Assembly: GCA_016200135.1 (NCBI GenBank)
Contig: JACQFI010000115.1
Coordinates: forward strand, 1-64,000
From: Planctomycetota bacterium
Lineage (GTDB): Bacteria; Planctomycetota; SZUA-567; H5-PLA8
Direction of reading: 5' to 3'
Length of the DNA: 64,000 bases
The notes beneath the pieces were generated by a model. It was given only the letters and a program-made list of their open reading frames with translations. It made no database searches and was not told the origin of the DNA. Shown piece by piece: positions 47,430-55,897 of this stretch (position 1 is its first letter; the number at the start of each line of letters is the position of its first letter). Made by a program: the position numbers and the translations under genes.

Positions 47430-49148
47430 CTATGCGCGCACTAGCCAGCCGCGCGCGACCGGGTCGTTCTTTAAGAATTTGAAGTACTTTGAGGCGAAGA
47501 TGCGTTCGGCGTGCGGGGCGGGGTGGACGCCGTCGGTGAAGTACGTCTCGTCCCAATGGTTGTCCCAGTGGTACGGGCCCCACTGCAGCCAGGGCAGGAC
47601 GCGCTCGGGGCCTTCGAATGCCGTGCCCTTCTCACCGCGGATCTGGCTCGCAATAAGCCACTTGAGCGCGAAGGCCTCGCGCCAGACGTGGGGCTCGAAG
47701 TTCGTGTAGTGGCGCAGGCCGTCACAGGTGAGGTACGCGAGCTTCAGGTTGGGAAACAGCTTTACGCAATGTGCGAGGACCGTAACCATCGCGCGCTGCA
47801 TCGTTTGCATCTCCGCGGGGAACGCGCCCGGCGGTTGCTTGTCGCGGTTCGAGGCGCCGACCCATGTCGTGTGGAGGAAGAGCGCCTGGATCTGCGATGT
47901 GGCTAGGTTCTGCTGGGCCAGCAGGTCGTTGGTCCTGTCCCAGACCTTGCCTTTCAGTTCCACGATCTGCGGGAGCTGCTGCCCGCCGATGGCGGCGTTT
48001 AAGAGCACGAAAGCGTTGTTCAGCTCGGAGCGCTTCTCGTCTAGGATCCGCCCGACCGCGTTGAAGTATTGGTTGCAGTTAGAGTGGCCGAGCACGAGAG
48101 CTGCGATTTTGCCGGATTCAGGATCGGAACGGCCATCCTTGTCCAGCGGGCGCAGGGAGGCCGCGATGCGGATGCCCGCGGCCTGGTGCGCCTCGGGGAT
48201 CCGGTTCGACGCGCCGGGATAAAGGCCCGTCTCGAACTCGCCGAGGTACGGCGCTCCGTCCGTAAAGCGGCGCAGTGTGGAAACGTCGAAGCCGCTCTCA
48301 TTAGTGGTGGCCGAAGCTTGGGACGACATGGCGCTCCTTTCCGCCGTGAGGCTTCCGCGCGCGGGCTCCGCCGCGACGTGGAAGACACGGTCTCTTTGGA
48401 CGTTGAACTCGCTACGGGTCTTGGCGACTGCAGACGGGTCGATCTCTCCCATAAGCATTTCCTCGCGCTCGCCGGCGGTGGCCAGCGGCTTGCCGATGAC
48501 GTCCACGAACTGGCTGTGCCCCGCGAGGGCGCGGCCTTCCGAGACTCCCGCGCCGTTGCAGGCCAGCACCAGCGCCTGGTTCTCGGCCGCTCGTGCGCGC
48601 AGGAAAAGCTGCCAGCTCTCCAGGCGCGCGAGCGGCCAGGCCGCCGCGATGAGGAAGACCTGTGCGCCCTGGTCGAGCATGCGCCGATAGAGCTCCGGGA
48701 AACGCAGGTCGTAACAGGTCGAGAGTCCCGTGCGGCCCCAGGGCGTATCCACGACCGTGATCTCGCGGCCCGGCGAAAGATGCGCGGGCTCTTCGGAGCC
48801 GCCGTGCCCAAAGAGGTGAATCTTGCGGTAGCGCGCCATGATCGCGCCGCTGCGATCTAAAAGGAGACTGGTGTTGAAGAGCCGCGCGCCGTCGCGCTCG
48901 ACGAAGCTGCCTGTAAAGAGGTGGCATTTCAGCGCCGCGGTGCGGTCGCGGAGCAGCCGGACCGTGGGGCCGTCGAGCGGCTCGGCATCTTGGGCAAAAC
49001 GATCGACAGAGAAGAAGCCGGTCGGCCAGAGCTCGGGCAGCAGCACGAGCTCGCTCCCGCGGGCCTGATCGAGCAGGCCCAGCGCGCGCTCGACGGCCGC
49101 GGACTTGAGCTCGCCGCGCGACTCGAACTGGATCGCAGCGATGCGCAT
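47430..49148 (-). CDS. Carbon-nitrogen hydrolase (nitrilase superfamily) fused to a ~300-aa C-terminal domain of unknown function
   Basis: The start is refined to MRIAAIQFES. C-N hydrolase hallmarks (RIAAIQ, ...LLPELW, and the catalytic Cys in a GLSTCYDLRFPEL context). The C-terminal half has no recognised motif beyond LGHSNC. Confidence 0.65.
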   Translation of the reverse strand: MRIAAIQFESRGELKSAAVERALGLLDQARGSELVLLPELWPTGFFSVDRFAQDAEPLDGPTVRLLRDRTAALKCHLFTGSFVERDGARLFNTSLLLDRSGAIMARYRKIHLFGHGGSEEPAHLSPGREITVVDTPWGRTGLSTCYDLRFPELYRRMLDQGAQVFLIAAAWPLARLESWQLFLRARAAENQALVLACNGAGVSEGRALAGHSQFVDVIGKPLATAGEREEMLMGEIDPSAVAKTRSEFNVQRDRVFHVAAEPARGSLTAERSAMSSQASATTNESGFDVSTLRRFTDGAPYLGEFETGLYPGASNRIPEAHQAAGIRIAASLRPLDKDGRSDPESGKIAALVLGHSNCNQYFNAVGRILDEKRSELNNAFVLLNAAIGGQQLPQIVELKGKVWDRTNDLLAQQNLATSQIQALFLHTTWVGASNRDKQPPGAFPAEMQTMQRAMVTVLAHCVKLFPNLKLAYLTCDGLRHYTNFEPHVWREAFALKWLIASQIRGEKGTAFEGPERVLPWLQWGPYHWDNHWDETYFTDGVHPAPHAERIFASKYFKFLKNDPVARGWLVRA

Positions 49149-49152
49149 TGGC

Positions 49153-49818
49153 TTAGTCCACTCCGCCTTGGTTCGAGAGCAGGTTGCGGCGTGTGGCCTC
49201 AAGATGCGCGTGCATGCCAAGGGCGGCTGCGTCGCCATTGCGTTGGCGCAGGGCCTCGACGATGCGGCGGTGCTCTTCCAGGACCTCGTTCATGCGCCCT
49301 TGCACGGAGAGCGCCTGCCGCCCGAGCAGCGCGATCCGGTCGCGGATATTCTCCATCAGCGAGGCGAGCAGTCCGTTGCCGAGCGTTCGCACGAGATACA
49401 GGTGGAAGGCCGCGTCGGCTTCGATGAAGGCGTTGGGATCGTTCGAGCCCGCGGCGCGCTCCATCCGGACCATGGCCTCGGCGAGCGGCGCTGTATCGAG
49501 ATCGTTCCTTTGCGCGAGGTGCTCGACCACCCAGCGCTCGATGGCCTCGCGCGCCTCGAGGGTGTCCTCGATCTCTTTGCGTGTGAAGCGCCGGACCTGA
49601 AAGCCCTTGCTCCCGAGCGCAGTGAGAAAACCCTCCGAAGAGAGCTGGAGGAGGGCCTCGCGAACGGGTGTGCGGGAGACGCCCAGGCTGTCGGCGAGCT
49701 GGTTCGCGGAGATGATCGTCTCGGCATCCATCTTGCCCGAACGGAGCAACGCCTTGACCTGGCTGTAGGCCATATCTTTCAAAGATTGAGCACGCTTTAG
49801 AGGTCTTATGTTTATCAT
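49153..49818 (-). CDS. GntR-family (FadR/FCD subfamily) transcriptional regulator
   Basis: HTH LADSLGVSRTPVREALLQLSSEGFL followed by an all-helical FCD-type C-domain. The start could be Met 49818 (MINIRPL) or 49773 (MAYSQVKALL); the longer option is reported. Confidence 0.7.
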   Translation of the reverse strand: MINIRPLKRAQSLKDMAYSQVKALLRSGKMDAETIISANQLADSLGVSRTPVREALLQLSSEGFLTALGSKGFQVRRFTRKEIEDTLEAREAIERWVVEHLAQRNDLDTAPLAEAMVRMERAAGSNDPNAFIEADAAFHLYLVRTLGNGLLASLMENIRDRIALLGRQALSVQGRMNEVLEEHRRIVEALRQRNGDAAALGMHAHLEATRRNLLSNQGGVD

Positions 49819-49968
49819 TTCAATACCTTTATGAATTTCATTGACTCGCTCACATACTACATGTAGTATGTAGTATACAAGTGAAGAAGACAAAGGCAAG
49901 CGACATTTGTAGATTTCAGGGGATGGCGCGAGCGAGGCCGGTTTTCCTTTAATAAAGGAGCGTGCGGC

Positions 49969-51420
49969 ATGCGGACGGGACACCAATATCGCGAGGCCCT
50001 GCTAGACGAACGCCGGGTCTATATCGACGGCAAGCGGACGGGACCGGTCGCGGCGCACCCGGCCTTTCGGGGCATTGTGGAGACGCTTGCTTCGCTCTAC
50101 GACTTCGCGGCCGATCCGCAGAATGGGATGACCTACACAGCACCCGAGACCGGCGCGTTCGCGAACAAGGTCTTCATGATCCCGCGCAGCGCGCAGGAAC
50201 TAAAGACGCGGCGCGAGGCGATCGCGGCGTGGGCACGCAAGACGCACGGACTGGTGGGCCGCAGCCCGGACCACGTGGGCTCGTTCCTGGCGGGGTTCGC
50301 GAGCGACCCCGCGTTCTTCGACGCGCCCGGGCGGCCGTTCGGCAAGCACGTCTCCGCGTTCTACAAGAAGACGCTCGAGCAGAGCCTGTACGTCTCGTAC
50401 GTGATCATTCCGCCGCAGATCGACCGCAGCAAGACCGCGCAGTCGCTGGAGGAGAAGTTCCTGCAGGCCGGCGTGGTCCGGGAGACCGACGGCGGGATCA
50501 TCGTACGCGGCGCGCAGATGCTCGGCACGGGCGCGGCGATCTCCGACTACCTCCTGGTCAGTTGCATCGTGCCGCTCAAGCCAGGCGACGAGGAGTACGC
50601 CAACACGTTCGTCGTGCCCGCCGGCGCCAAGGGCCTGAAGCTTTACTGCCGGCCGCCCTATGCGCCGGGCAAGTCGAGCGTCTTCGACTACCCGCTCTCC
50701 ACGCGCTTCGACGAATCCGACGCGCTGGCGGTCTTCGAGGACGTCTTCGTGCCGTGGGAGGACGTCTTCGTGTACCGCGACGTGGAGCGCGTGCGCAACC
50801 AGTTCTTCGCCACGCCCGCGCACACGCTGGGCAACGCGCAGGCTCAGACGCGCCTGACCGCGAAGATGCAGTTCATGTGCGGCCTGGCGCGAAAAATAGC
50901 CGCGATGAACCAAATCGAAGCTGTGCCGTCGGTGATCGAGAAACTGGGCGAGTTGTCCTCGCTGGCCGCCATGGTGGAAGGCATGGTTGTGGCCGCCGAG
51001 GCGGCGTGCGTCCTGGACAAGCACGGCGTCGCGCGGCCGAATGCGCGGTTTCTCTACGGCGCGATGGGCCTGCAGTCCGAGATCGTGCCGCGCGCGCTGG
51101 GGATCCTGCGCGAGCTCTCCGGCGGCGGCGTGCTGCAGGTGCCTTCGAGTTACCACGAACTGCTCGAGGACGAGACGGCCGCGGACATGCGCCGCTACGT
51201 CCGTTCGCCTGGAGTGCCCGCGGAAGAGCGCATCAAGCTCTTCCGGCTCGTCTGGGACCTGGTGGGCAGCGAGTTCGGCGGGCGGCACCACCAGTACGAG
51301 ATGTTCTACGCCGGGGCGCCGTACGTCGCGAAGGGCTACGCCTACCGGAACTACGGCTACGACGAGACAGTCAAGCGGGTCAACGAGTTCCTCGCATCCT
51401 ACGAGTTGCCAAAAATGTGA
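49969..51420 (+). CDS. hpaB: 4-hydroxyphenylacetate 3-monooxygenase oxygenase component family (HpaB-like FADH2-dependent hydroxylase)
   Basis: Strong HpaB-family motifs: VYIDGKRTGPVAAHPAFR, YDYPLSTRFDESDA, GSEFGGRHHQYEMFYAG. Other frames were rejected as Arg-rich. Confidence 0.8.
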   Translation: MRTGHQYREALLDERRVYIDGKRTGPVAAHPAFRGIVETLASLYDFAADPQNGMTYTAPETGAFANKVFMIPRSAQELKTRREAIAAWARKTHGLVGRSPDHVGSFLAGFASDPAFFDAPGRPFGKHVSAFYKKTLEQSLYVSYVIIPPQIDRSKTAQSLEEKFLQAGVVRETDGGIIVRGAQMLGTGAAISDYLLVSCIVPLKPGDEEYANTFVVPAGAKGLKLYCRPPYAPGKSSVFDYPLSTRFDESDALAVFEDVFVPWEDVFVYRDVERVRNQFFATPAHTLGNAQAQTRLTAKMQFMCGLARKIAAMNQIEAVPSVIEKLGELSSLAAMVEGMVVAAEAACVLDKHGVARPNARFLYGAMGLQSEIVPRALGILRELSGGGVLQVPSSYHELLEDETAADMRRYVRSPGVPAEERIKLFRLVWDLVGSEFGGRHHQYEMFYAGAPYVAKGYAYRNYGYDETVKRVNEFLASYELPKM

Positions 51421-51579
51421 AATCAAGCCAGTGAGCACTGGAGTACAACCAAGACGGGCTCGAATTCGCGGCATACGATTTGTTCGGGAATGCAAATCGC
51501 CCGTGTGTTCGAAATCGAACGGTGTGTGTCAGGTGTTCCCCGCCGAACCTGCTGTATGGCCAATAGCTAAGAGAAAGAC

Positions 51580-51609
51580 GGCCCTGCGCGCCCTTCGGGG
51601 CGCGCAGGG
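51580..51609. terminator. Perfect 12-bp GC hairpin (GCCCTGCGCGCC-cttcgg-GGCGCGCAGGGC) between convergent genes; candidate rho-independent terminator
   Basis: Read directly. A T-rich tract (CTTTCTCTT) follows on the minus-strand reading direction. Confidence 0.5.
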
Positions 51610-51677
51610 CGAGACTCTGATAGGCACCGCTGAATGGGCACACCGCGGACAGACGGACTCGCGCAAAGGGCGGATGC

Positions 51678-52205
51678 TTACGGTCGCTGAACCGCCCTCG
51701 TGAGTACGGAGAGGAGATCGGCGCGTTCCCGCAGCGGCACCCAATGGGTCATGCCCGGCGCCCAGACCAGCGAGTTTTCATCGACCTTTCGCGTCCGGCA
51801 CAGTTCTTCCAGTCTTTTGAGATCCATCGGCCCGACCTTTTCGTTTCCAACGGCGACGAACCAGACGGCGCTCCCATCGCCCGGCAACGGCGGGGGCACC
51901 GGAGATTCCTGGACGGTTAGGACCGGAGGGTTCGGGGCCGACAGGGGAGCGGACGGCGGGCCGGCCAGTTTGGCCAACAGCACCGCATGCACCTGTTGCG
52001 CCTGGAGCCGTTCCTGTTTGCGTTCGTCTTCCTCGCGTCTCCGTTCGGCGCGTTCGCGCGCGTCGAGCGTGCGCTGCCGCTGGTAGTGCTGGCGCTTGCG
52101 GTCCGTCTCCTCTTTGAGGTCGGGCATAATGAAAAGAAGAGGGCCGGCCAGGAAAGGGGTAAGGAAGAGGGCGAGGAAGAACCAGGCGATCGCATTCCTG
52201 CCGCG
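51678..52205 (-). CDS. Membrane protein with C-terminal DUF4339 (GYF-like) domain
   Basis: Start chosen at MRGRNAIAWFFLALFL (the ORF extends to 52409). A TM segment and charged coiled-coil precede a C-terminal WFVAVGNEKVGPMDLKRLEELCRTRKVDENSLVWAPGMTHWVPL (DUF4339-like). Confidence 0.5.
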   Translation of the reverse strand, partial: RGRNAIAWFFLALFLTPFLAGPLLFIMPDLKEETDRKRQHYQRQRTLDARERAERRREEDERKQERLQAQQVHAVLLAKLAGPPSAPLSAPNPPVLTVQESPVPPPLPGDGSAVWFVAVGNEKVGPMDLKRLEELCRTRKVDENSLVWAPGMTHWVPLRERADLLSVLTRAVQRP

Positions 52206-52444
52206 CATGCCGGCAAGAACGGCGATGGCGAAATCGCCGGCCAGTAGTGCGAGAACCCAGAATTCTTGCAAGAGGACCTCCTTTCTTAAGCCGCGAGAAG
52301 GGTCAGATAAGCCGTATGGAAGGGGTTCCGGGCAAGGACAGGATAACGGTCCCGTCCGTATGAGCAAATAAGATTCTTGCGATAGCGTAAACGATTCTAT
52401 CGTCCGCATGCTCCCTGGCCGACAACCTATCCGGGGAGCGGCCC

Positions 52445-52846
52445 ATGAGCAATGCAGGCAGGAAGCGCAAAGCGGTCAAGATCGTGCACGACGACGTCAT
52501 ACATGCCTTTGCGACCCGCTTGAAAGAACTTCGCAGCGGGGCGGGCCTGTCCCAGCGGGAGCTGGCGGTGCGGGCGGGCGTGCATCTGACTTATATCAGC
52601 CGCCTCGAACGCGCGGAGGCCGCGCCGGGGCTGGACCTCATGCAGAAGCTATCCAAGGCCCTGGAGGCGCCCTTGTCCGATCTGCTTCCGGCCGAGGCCG
52701 GAAGTTCCTTGTCCATAAAGCAGGCACAGGCACGGCGGCGGCTGGAATCGATCCTGCGCAGGGCGGATGCCGCTACGCTTGGGACGTTGAATGCGCTGCT
52801 GCTCCTGATCGATCAGGAAGTGAGCCGGCACAAGCGCCGTACGTAA
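52445..52846 (+). CDS. XRE-family helix-turn-helix transcriptional regulator
   Basis: LRSGAGLSQRELAVRAGVHLTYISRLERAEAAPGLDLMQKLSKALEAPLSDLL is a canonical Cro/C1-type HTH. Confidence 0.75.
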   Translation: MSNAGRKRKAVKIVHDDVIHAFATRLKELRSGAGLSQRELAVRAGVHLTYISRLERAEAAPGLDLMQKLSKALEAPLSDLLPAEAGSSLSIKQAQARRRLESILRRADAATLGTLNALLLLIDQEVSRHKRRT

Positions 52847-53119
52847 AGGACGCTCCGTGCGACGCGCACGCCTTCCCGATCGCATCCGCCGATCATGCCA
52901 ACCCATGCGTGCCCAAAGGCACGCATGGGCTGGTCCTAGCCGCTACTTGCGCCCAGCTTCGAGCGCGGCTGTGGCGGCTGCCGCCACCGCCACAAGGAGG
53001 ATGCGGACCCAAGGCGCCATAGCTCTTGCTCCTTTCCGGTCCGGCCAGAGGATCGCGCGCGGCCGGCCCGCCGGACCTTCTGTCGGGCCGGCCGGGCGTT
53101 TGGGAACCTTCCTAAGGAG

Positions 53120-53359
53120 CTATAGGCAGGACTCGATCCAGGCGGCTTCGGCGGCGAGGGCTTGCTCGCGGTACTCGTAGGGGCCGAGGACGGCGCCTCC
53201 CAGCGGCGCGAGGTCCACGATCCAGCGGGCATCCGCGGTGGGTTCGACGTGCGAGGCGCGTGAGATCACCGGTGCGCCATGCTCAAGCAACGAGCGCAAG
53301 GCATCGGCGTAAATAAACTGCAGGGATCCGTCCGCACGAAGGAAGATCAGATGTTCCAT
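53120..53359 (-). CDS. Small hypothetical protein (79 aa), last gene of the AAA-DUF1257-DUF2997 unit
   Basis: Good Shine-Dalgarno (AGAGGGAG) 7 nt before the ATG. Starts 14 nt after the DUF2997 stop. Confidence 0.45.
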   Translation of the reverse strand: MEHLIFLRADGSLQFIYADALRSLLEHGAPVISRASHVEPTADARWIVDLAPLGGAVLGPYEYREQALAAEAAWIESCL

Positions 53360-53372
53360 GGCCGCTCCCTCT

Positions 53373-53591
53373 TTAGGGGCCGGCCTGGAGTCGGCGATCC
53401 CGTTCTTCGGTCTGGGTGAACTCGGCGGTCGTGCGGTCCTTCATGGTCTGGCCCAGCGAAGTCTCCAGCCGGCGCGTCAGGTCCCGGCAACCGGGACCCG
53501 CATATCCCTTGACCTGAACCTCAACCGCGCCATCGGCCGAGATCGTGACCTGTATCTGGCATTGCATACGCTTCCTCTCAGCGAAATTCAT
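53373..53591 (-). CDS. DUF2997-family small protein
   Basis: MQCQIQVTISADGAVEVQVKGYAGPGCRDLTRRLETSLG matches the DUF2997 pattern (I-x-V-x-dG-x-v-x-v-x-G-f-x-G-x-x-C). Assigned from memory of the family. Confidence 0.55.
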   Translation of the reverse strand: MNFAERKRMQCQIQVTISADGAVEVQVKGYAGPGCRDLTRRLETSLGQTMKDRTTAEFTQTEERDRRLQAGP

Positions 53592-53599
53592 CGCGCTCT

Positions 53600-53959
53600 C
53601 TAGGCCAGAAGGCGCAGGACGACCGAGCCGTCCTCGCGTTCTTCGCGCCGCACGGCCATGCCCATGCGCTGGGCCTGCCGGACGGCGACGCGCTCGGAAT
53701 AGGTCCTCAAGACCCGGTCCAGCGCTGCTCTCGTGCCCCAGGCGCCGTTGAAGTTGTCGAACTGGACCGTGCCGTCGGCCAGCACGGCCACGGGGTAGCG
53801 CCAGTCCTTGAGCTGAAAAGAGGCCGCGGCCTGGACGCGGCCGGAATAAAGCTTTACTTCCCGGGCGCCGAGGTCGCAGGGCACGCCCAGGTGCCCACAG
53901 ACCTCGGCCAGTATCGGCAGGTCTCTCAGTCGGACCTGCACGGTGGCGATATGACTCAT
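53600..53959 (-). CDS. DUF1257 (Ycf35-like) family protein
   Basis: MSHIATVQVRLRDLPILAEVCGHLG ... FDNFNGAWG resembles cyanobacterial Ycf35/DUF1257. Assigned from memory. Confidence 0.55.
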   Translation of the reverse strand: MSHIATVQVRLRDLPILAEVCGHLGVPCDLGAREVKLYSGRVQAAASFQLKDWRYPVAVLADGTVQFDNFNGAWGTRAALDRVLRTYSERVAVRQAQRMGMAVRREEREDGSVVLRLLA

Positions 53960-53987
53960 GCGGTACGCTCCTTTATGTAGGGACCGT

Positions 53988-55547
53988 TCAAACCTCCACG
54001 GCGACGGGTTGCCGGGACCGGTCGGACTCGAGGCTCAGGCCCGCGGCCACGGCCCGGCCGCTGCGGCACCAGTCGCGCAAGGCCTCGATCTTCTCGGGCA
54101 TCGTCTTGGAGAGCGGCACGGTCTCCCGGAGGGCCTTCAGGACGTCCTGAAGGTCGAGCTTGCGCATCCGGTCGTGGAAGGCCTCGACGAGCGCGTTCTG
54201 GACGGCGGCCTCCAGTTCCGCGCCGGTGAATCCCGCGCAGGCGTGGGCCAGATCGAGCAGGTTGGCCGGCTCGAAGCGCTGCCCGGCGCGTTCCAGGTGA
54301 ATGCGCAGGATCTCCGCGCGGGCCTCGGTTCCCGGGAGGTCCACGGCGAAGATCTCGTCGAATCGGCCTTTGCGCAAGAGTTCCGGCGGCAGCGCGCCGA
54401 TCTCGTTGGCCGTCGCCACGACGAAACACTCGGCCTTCTTGTCGGAGAGCCAGGTCAGCAGGGCCCCGAAGACGCGCTGCGCCGTGCCGCCGTCGTGGCC
54501 GCCGCCGGGACCGAAGGCCTTCTCGACCTCGTCCACGAGGACCACGCAGGGCGCGATCGCCTCGGCGGTCCGAATGGCCTGCCTTAAATTCGACTCGGAC
54601 TCGCCCACCAGGCTCCCGAAGAGCCGCCCGGCGTCGAGCCGGACCAAGGGCAGCCGCCACGCGGCGGCGACGGCCCGCGCTGCGAGGGTCTTGCCCGTCC
54701 CCGGAACGCCGACCAGAAGCACGCCTTTGGGCGGCAGGATGCCGGCGGCCCGCGCCGCGTCGCCGAAGAGACTCGTGCGCTTGGCGATCCAACTTTTAAG
54801 GTTCTCCAGGCCGCCGATATCCGCCATGCCGTGCTCGGGCTCCTCGTATTCGAGCACGCCGGTGCGGCGGACGATCTGGCGCTTCTCGCGGATCGCGAGG
54901 CGGATCGCGTCCGGGCCCAACGCGCGATGATTGACCAGTGAGAGCGCGACGAGGTTGCGCGTCTCGTCCAGGGTGAGCCCCTGGCAGGCGCGCGCGAGAG
55001 CGGGCAGCGTGGCCTCATCGACGGTGACTTTTCCGGCGAGTTGCTCCCGGTAGAGCACGGCGAGGGACTGCACGTACTCGCAGAGTTCGCCTCGGGTCGG
55101 AAGCGGCAGATCGGCGATGAAGAGATCCGACTGCAGCTCCGCGGGAATCCGCCAGTCGCGGCCGACCAGGACCAGGGCCTTGCCCGAGCCGCGGGCATGC
55201 GCGAGAGCTTCCCGAAGCGCGCGCACGAAGATCGGGTTGCTAAGCTCGGCCCAGGGATCGAGCAGGGCCAGGACGACATTCTCCTGGGTCTTCCGAAAGG
55301 CATTCAGCGCCTCGTCCAACCCACACGGATCCTGGAGCGGACGCTCGGGTTCTTCGTCGTCCAGGGACAGGCGCTGCAATCCCGAGGCCGAGGACCAACG
55401 CCACAGTACGCGCGGAACCAGCTGGCCTGACAAGGCCTGGACGGCTTGGCGCAGGGCCACGATGGCCCGGGCCTCTTCGAGGGTGCGCAGATGAACTCCG
55501 GGGAGCCTCGCTTTCAAGGCCGCCAGGAGCGCATGGATCGCTTGCAT
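53988..55547 (-). CDS. Classical AAA+ ATPase (CDC48/FtsH-clade AAA domain; Ycf46-like) with ~250-aa N-terminal domain
   Basis: Walker A GVPGTGKT, Walker B VVLVDEVEK, and the second region of homology. The start was chosen at MQAIHALL (the ORF opens at 55652). A competing Arg-rich frame was rejected. Confidence 0.8.
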   Translation of the reverse strand: MQAIHALLAALKARLPGVHLRTLEEARAIVALRQAVQALSGQLVPRVLWRWSSASGLQRLSLDDEEPERPLQDPCGLDEALNAFRKTQENVVLALLDPWAELSNPIFVRALREALAHARGSGKALVLVGRDWRIPAELQSDLFIADLPLPTRGELCEYVQSLAVLYREQLAGKVTVDEATLPALARACQGLTLDETRNLVALSLVNHRALGPDAIRLAIREKRQIVRRTGVLEYEEPEHGMADIGGLENLKSWIAKRTSLFGDAARAAGILPPKGVLLVGVPGTGKTLAARAVAAAWRLPLVRLDAGRLFGSLVGESESNLRQAIRTAEAIAPCVVLVDEVEKAFGPGGGHDGGTAQRVFGALLTWLSDKKAECFVVATANEIGALPPELLRKGRFDEIFAVDLPGTEARAEILRIHLERAGQRFEPANLLDLAHACAGFTGAELEAAVQNALVEAFHDRMRKLDLQDVLKALRETVPLSKTMPEKIEALRDWCRSGRAVAAGLSLESDRSRQPVAVEV

Positions 55548-55684
55548 ATAAAGGATCTCCTGAGGTTCTGACGTGGGTTGATGGAGGTGCGACGACCGAA
55601 TGGCGATCCGGTTCCTGCGTGGCTTGCCAACACGCGCGGCTTCAGTATTCATTGCCGCATTCCAACCATAAAGGAGGGGGAAAC

Positions 55685-55843
55685 ATGGCGGCCAGACGGG
55701 GCTCTAAGAACGCGGGCAAGAGGCCGTCCAGCGTAAAGCGCGGCCGGAAGGCGATCTTCACGCCGGCACAGAAGAACGTTCTGGAGCGGATGATCCGGTC
55801 CTCGCTTAAGGGGGAACTGAAGACGCTGGTGAAGTCGCTGTAG
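55685..55843 (+). CDS. Small basic protein (52 aa) on the opposite strand, wedged between two minus-strand genes
   Basis: Strong SD AAGGAGGGGG 6 nt upstream of the ATG at 55685. Sequence MAARRGSKNAGKRPSSVKRGRKAIFTPAQKNVLERMIRSSLKGELKTLVKSL. Confidence 0.45.
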   Translation: MAARRGSKNAGKRPSSVKRGRKAIFTPAQKNVLERMIRSSLKGELKTLVKSL

Positions 55844-55897
55844 TCCATTTCTTCGCATGCCTCTCTTCCGAGACCAGCCCGGGCGGCCTTTCACGGC

